Shown here piece after piece: positions 59,556 through 64,000 of a DNA stretch of 64,000 bases. This DNA comes from Massalongia carnosa. Lineage: Eukaryota. The translations under genes and the position numbers were made by a program. Under the pieces are notes generated by a model. That model saw only the letters and a program-made list of their open reading frames with translations, had not been told where the DNA came from and did no database searches. The number at the start of each line of letters is the position of its first letter. The first letter of the stretch is position 1. The stretch spans positions 1,550,001-1,614,000 of the forward strand of contig OZ287082.1 in assembly GCA_965645245.1 (NCBI GenBank). The letters are read 5' to 3'.

Positions 59556-62446
59556 CCTAATAAGGGAGGCAAAGGCTGGACACCAAGGATTGATCCAGAC
59601 ACCGTTTCTAAAACACTTCGATATTACCTTGTTCCGTCATTTTCGTTTGATCGTTACAAGGTCGCGGGAAGTCAAATCGACATTGGCCGGTGGCAGCAGC
59701 TCCATATTCAAAGCACGTTGCATTGTGAGACGACGAATGCAACTGACACTTGGAGGCAACGGCATTGCTATCATCCTCTAGTCTTTGGGCGAATTCCTGA
59801 TCAGTCTCATTTAGAGAGGCTAATGGAGCGTCCAGCTTTGGGCCATCCGACCTTCGTGCAGGAACAATGGAACATTTAATTATACGGTCGATAAATTGTA
59901 TCATGCGAGTTGTGTATGCAGGATCGGAACGCAATTGATTGCGTAGCTTGGATATGTGAAAAACACCGCGAAGCCATACGAGGCAATGCAAATGCAACAT
60001 TCCTCGGCCGTTTGTCTCCACAGTACCAAAATATGTTGATACAGGCCCAAAAAGACCTTCGTCTTCAGAACCTGCGGCCAATAAATGCTCAAAAATACCT
60101 CTGCAAGTAGCCGCAAAAAATTGAGCCACTACTACTAGATTCATTATTGCTGTAGTTCTTGCAAATTCTTCTGCAGAATTGTCTTTACTACTGTCCTCGT
60201 AAAGCATGCCAGCAAGAACCAATACTAAAACACTGCGAAGATCAGATGGATTAATCGTAATCCACAAAACAGGCATTCCATCGCTCAGCATCAATGCTTT
60301 CATATAAATTGCTTGATCCGCGCATTTAGCGAAGGAGTGTGGTGTCTTGACGGCCACTACCTGAACCTGACGCTCCAATATAAGAAAGGTCGAATCGGTA
60401 CATTTCCCGGTTGTTTTAATCTCTGCAGCCGCAGCTTCAAGCTGTGAGAACGTGATAGCATCCACTAAAGCATGTGTTTCCTTCCATTGTCTCGTCTTGG
60501 TGAGTAGAGAATATCCTAATGATGCCTGACGTCGGTTGATCACGTCGTACACAAGAAACATAAATGCAGGATGACGGGCAAATCTAAATGCATCAGCTAA
60601 ATTCCACAGAAATGCAGATTAGCGTACCGTCTCGAATGTGAGATAGGGCCCATTTTGCCCAAGGCTGAAGCGACACTATAGTCTGTCTAGACTCATCCTT
60701 CTTGATGATATGACCACCGACGCCAAAGGGAAAAAGCGTTGGAAAGGCAGCTGTAAAGAAGTCTGAATTATCCCAGTCATTCAAGAGAATCGGATGACCT
60801 TTGCATTCGTAGGTAAGGATTGGTGAATCAGACGCACTAATCGAATCCTCAGCGAGCTTATGATTCGTCATTGTTGCCACTAATTTCATTGTTAGATGCT
60901 CTCAAGTATCGTCAGCATCTGTGTATAAACATCCACTTAATATACCTGAATCATCCAATCTAGCGTCTTCGACGGCATGATGCAGGTCGTTTTCGTAATT
61001 GTCATTTTCAAGGTTCGTAGTGTATCCTTCTCTTTCCGCAAAATCTGATCCACACTGTAAAACACGATCAGCAATACCCGCTGGAACGAATTCGTCTTCC
61101 CAGTTTTCTAATAAGTCGTAGTTGATGACAATGTTTTTGTATAGTTGTCTTTAAGCCAGAGTAAAGCTTGTAGGACTTACAGTTGACGGCATAAAGTTGA
61201 AACTACTACGGAGGTGAGTGCTTATAGCAGCCTGCAGGGCTGAGCTAGAACTAATGGAGCTAAGCGAGTATTCCAACAGGACTTTGTCTCTTCTGATGCG
61301 AGCAAAAGGATAAATATCTTCAACGGTATGAGGCCTTTTGCTAGCCCACACTATTCGGATCACATCATGCAGCACTAAGGAGCTCGACGGTAAGATATCG
61401 AGCAACAGTCCAGGATTTTGGGGGAGTACTACAGCATGACCGCGTATTCGTTGATAAGAGATGAAACGGCTGGCTCCACTAGTTCTTAACTTCATTATAG
61501 AAATCACCGGATGAGCTCGAGCAATGACAGCTTCTTCTACCGATGTCAAGTCTTTAAGAATCATGGGATAACTTTGACAAGTAGACATGCTGACAGCATT
61601 AACGGATCCGAATTTTGGGATTTTCGATTGCAAAATCATTCCATAACAGGCTTTGCAGAAGTAAAACTTATCATCCTTTAATCCACACCAATCAAGGTCA
61701 GCTTCCACGAGTGTCTTTGACGACACGGCCCTTCTAAATGCAGGATCTGTTTTATGTAGCATTTTAATGAAAGTATGATGTATGAACTGTCCACAAGAAG
61801 CGCAGACATTCGTAGTGTCGGCTACGACAGTCTCTACATAAGTCTAGAAACGCCTGATAGCTTCGCGAGTAGAAATATCGGTTAGAACAGGCGGAAAGGA
61901 CGAAGCGGCGGCTTTCCTTCTATTAAAATCATAAATCAACACATCTCTTGCATTGAAGTTAACAATAGATCGTGCAGGGACATTGCGGGATGCTGGTTGA
62001 AGAACGGGTCGAGGTGTAGAATAAGGGCGGCGATCTTCCAGCCCAATGTTGCTTGGTGCGGGTGAAACAGCAGATTGAAATATAGAAGCAAGGCGGTCTT
62101 CTGGTTCAACACTGGGAGGGACCAGCTGAAGAACAGATTGAAATGAGAAAGAATGACGATCTTCCGGCCCAACGTTGCAGGGAGCGGGTTGAAGAACAGA
62201 TCGAGATGTAGAACAAGGGCGGGCTTCTGGCCCAATGCTGAAAGGCATCGACTGAAGAACAGATTGAGATGAAGAAGAAGGAAGCCTCTTCGACCCTCTT
62301 TCATTTGATTCGGACGGTCCTGGTAGTATTGGGCGAAAAGAGGTCGCTGATAGCGGTGCACGTGAGGGTCGTCCTCTTTTTCGAATACGTGTAGAAGAAG
62401 CATTAAGCAAATGCTTTGGCATAGAAGGATTGAAAGAACTGGCCAT
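59556..62446 (-). pseudogene. Helitron-like (Helitron2/HLE2-type) Rep N-terminal half
   Basis: AT-hook KRGRP; DUF6570-like LTSVEEAVIARAHP..RGHAVVLPQ; FPTLFPFGVGG; WITINPSD; HUH motif YFGTVETNGRGMLHLHCLVWL; CRFDFP. Truncated at the Copia LTR. Confidence 0.85.
61178..61278 (-). mobile_element. Short solo LTR, end-truncated
   Basis: Reverse complement of 63104-63221; GGACT TSD; removing it restores RDKVLQALLWLKDN. Confidence 0.85.
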
Positions 62447-63103
62447 TTTATAAAAGCTGTAGGCGAGAGAATTAACCTCGAAAAAACAGCTCTTGCCACT
62501 TTAAAAACATAAAAGACGGAGAAGAAATTGCAAAGGCACTCCAACCTTTTAAACAAGAACATGAAATTTCTTCCATCAGCAGAATAGGACACGTGAAGGT
62601 CAATGAACCATCGATGAACGTTCCATCTACGGATGCCCTAGATGGACCGTTGAGGTTAGACTAAAGGCTTATCGCATCCATTCATAAATAGTCCATCGTC
62701 ATATGTCTACCACATGATAGATTTCCTTGAGACCATGACCACCGTGACACGAAGATTGTTCGGAACGACAAAAATCCGAATGTCCGTATTAATGACCAAT
62801 TAGAGCACAGAACCGGAGGATCGAGAGCCAATCGTTTCGCAAAACCCGACCAATGAAAACACAGAACCGGAGGATCGAGAGCCAATCATTTCAAAACGCT
62901 GAGCGTCAATCATTTGCGGAGGCCGAGCCCACCCCGTTTCTTCCTTCCATAACCCTTTCACTTACGTTTCAGGACACTTACGTTTCAGGGCAATGCTAAT
63001 TTTGCTCAACAGAAGTCTTCTTCACTTCATTCCCGACTCGCAAAGAGTGATGATCAAGCATGTTGACTAAAGACCGCAAATGCCAAGTCAGCGCTATTAG
63101 TGC

Positions 63104-63221
63104 TGTTGGAATACTCGCTTAGCCCCATTAGTTCTAGCTCAGCCCTGCAGGCTGCCATACTGCTATAAGCAGTCACCTCTGTAGTAATTTCAACATTATG
63201 CCGTCAACTGTTTATTTAACA
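63104..63221 (+). mobile_element. Short solo LTR (118 bp)
   Basis: TGTTGG..TTAACA with a perfect AGTGC TSD. Confidence 0.88.
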
Positions 63222-64000
63222 AGTGCGAGATAGGCGCATGGTTCGGGTTACTTGCTGGCTGAAGGGTTTTGCGGATACAGTCTGAAACGTGGCCAGTAAG
63301 GAGGAAACCAGCGGGGACTGGGTGTGATATATCTGTACTGTGTACATGTGTCTCGAGACTTCGTTAATCAGACTTGTTGCACAGAGGCCAAGGTTGAAAC
63401 TCGTTGTTTAGTTATGTTTCAGGGATTACTTATCTTCTCAAGTGAAAAGTCCCATTATCGTAGTTCTTCTTTCTCTCCGCTTGATTCATTAATCCTTTCT
63501 GTGCTGTTGTCGGTTTATTATGCTTTGTATCGTTTGTGATCGGTTGCTGACTTGTTCTGCTTTCGTCTTTTCCTCTGAAGCTGTTGAAATAGTTATATTA
63601 CTATGGGCTATATGGCTATGATAAAATGGTATGTATGACCGTGATGTTAAAAATGAAGAGTACTGTTCAGCAGTCTTTGTCCCATAACTGGTCACCCTCT
63701 GCTAAGCGAGGTGATAAGATTATCCGAGCCGATCTTATCTAATCTATAGGCTAAGCCTAATACGGCATCTACGGTTTCTGTAGGTGCTCTGTCCATCTTG
63801 GGCAGTCGTAGGTGCTATGTTCAATGAACTGATAGGTGTTCACTGTACTGGTAGGAGTTGAATATTCAACAGAAGCATTGCCTAAAATGCAAATGTAACA
63901 TCTCTCTCTCTTACTGAAGACAATATATTAATAACGATCAAGTTCGCATTACTCTCCGCTACTTCATGATTCTACATAGCTATGATGTTGAAATAGGTAT

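Noticed and set aside
1..64000. Starship captain (tyrosine recombinase), tRNA/rRNA genes or viral genes
   Set aside because: No recognisable motifs were seen by eye; this was not tested computationally.
63230..64000. Short ORFs at the window end
   Set aside because: No recognisable motifs or termini; left unannotated.

Overview
This is AT-rich fungal (ascomycete-like) DNA made almost entirely of nested transposable elements. It has GT..CTAAC..AG introns and RIP-like C>T/G>A decay. The only intact host-type gene is a spliced APH/AIM9-like phosphotransferase (~47377-49369). The youngest element is an intact chromoviral Ty3/Gypsy (4148-9767) with identical 233-bp LTRs, a TGTAT TSD, a -1 frameshift site and a self-priming PBS. 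Decayed elements include further Gypsy copies, a Copia, Tc1, Fot1/pogo, a MULE, two kinds of Helitron, a MITE and many solo LTRs with TSDs. Three structures are the most unusual. (1) An unclassified TIR element with CATCGGGAAATCGG termini and 2-bp TSDs occurs twice (1645-21570 with nested inserts; 37921-41950). It carries a spliced DUF6532-like gene and a second orphan ORF but no recognisable transposase. (2) A 7.6-kb Helitron block (10641-18210) sits in an A/T site and is built from three units joined head-to-tail. It has non-canonical CTCG 3' ends and carries a gene running into (EAIW)n repeats. (3) An antisense, intron-containing Zn2Cys6-like gene lies inside a Gypsy element. All calls come from reading the sequence by eye; no searches were run, so domain names are recognition-level.
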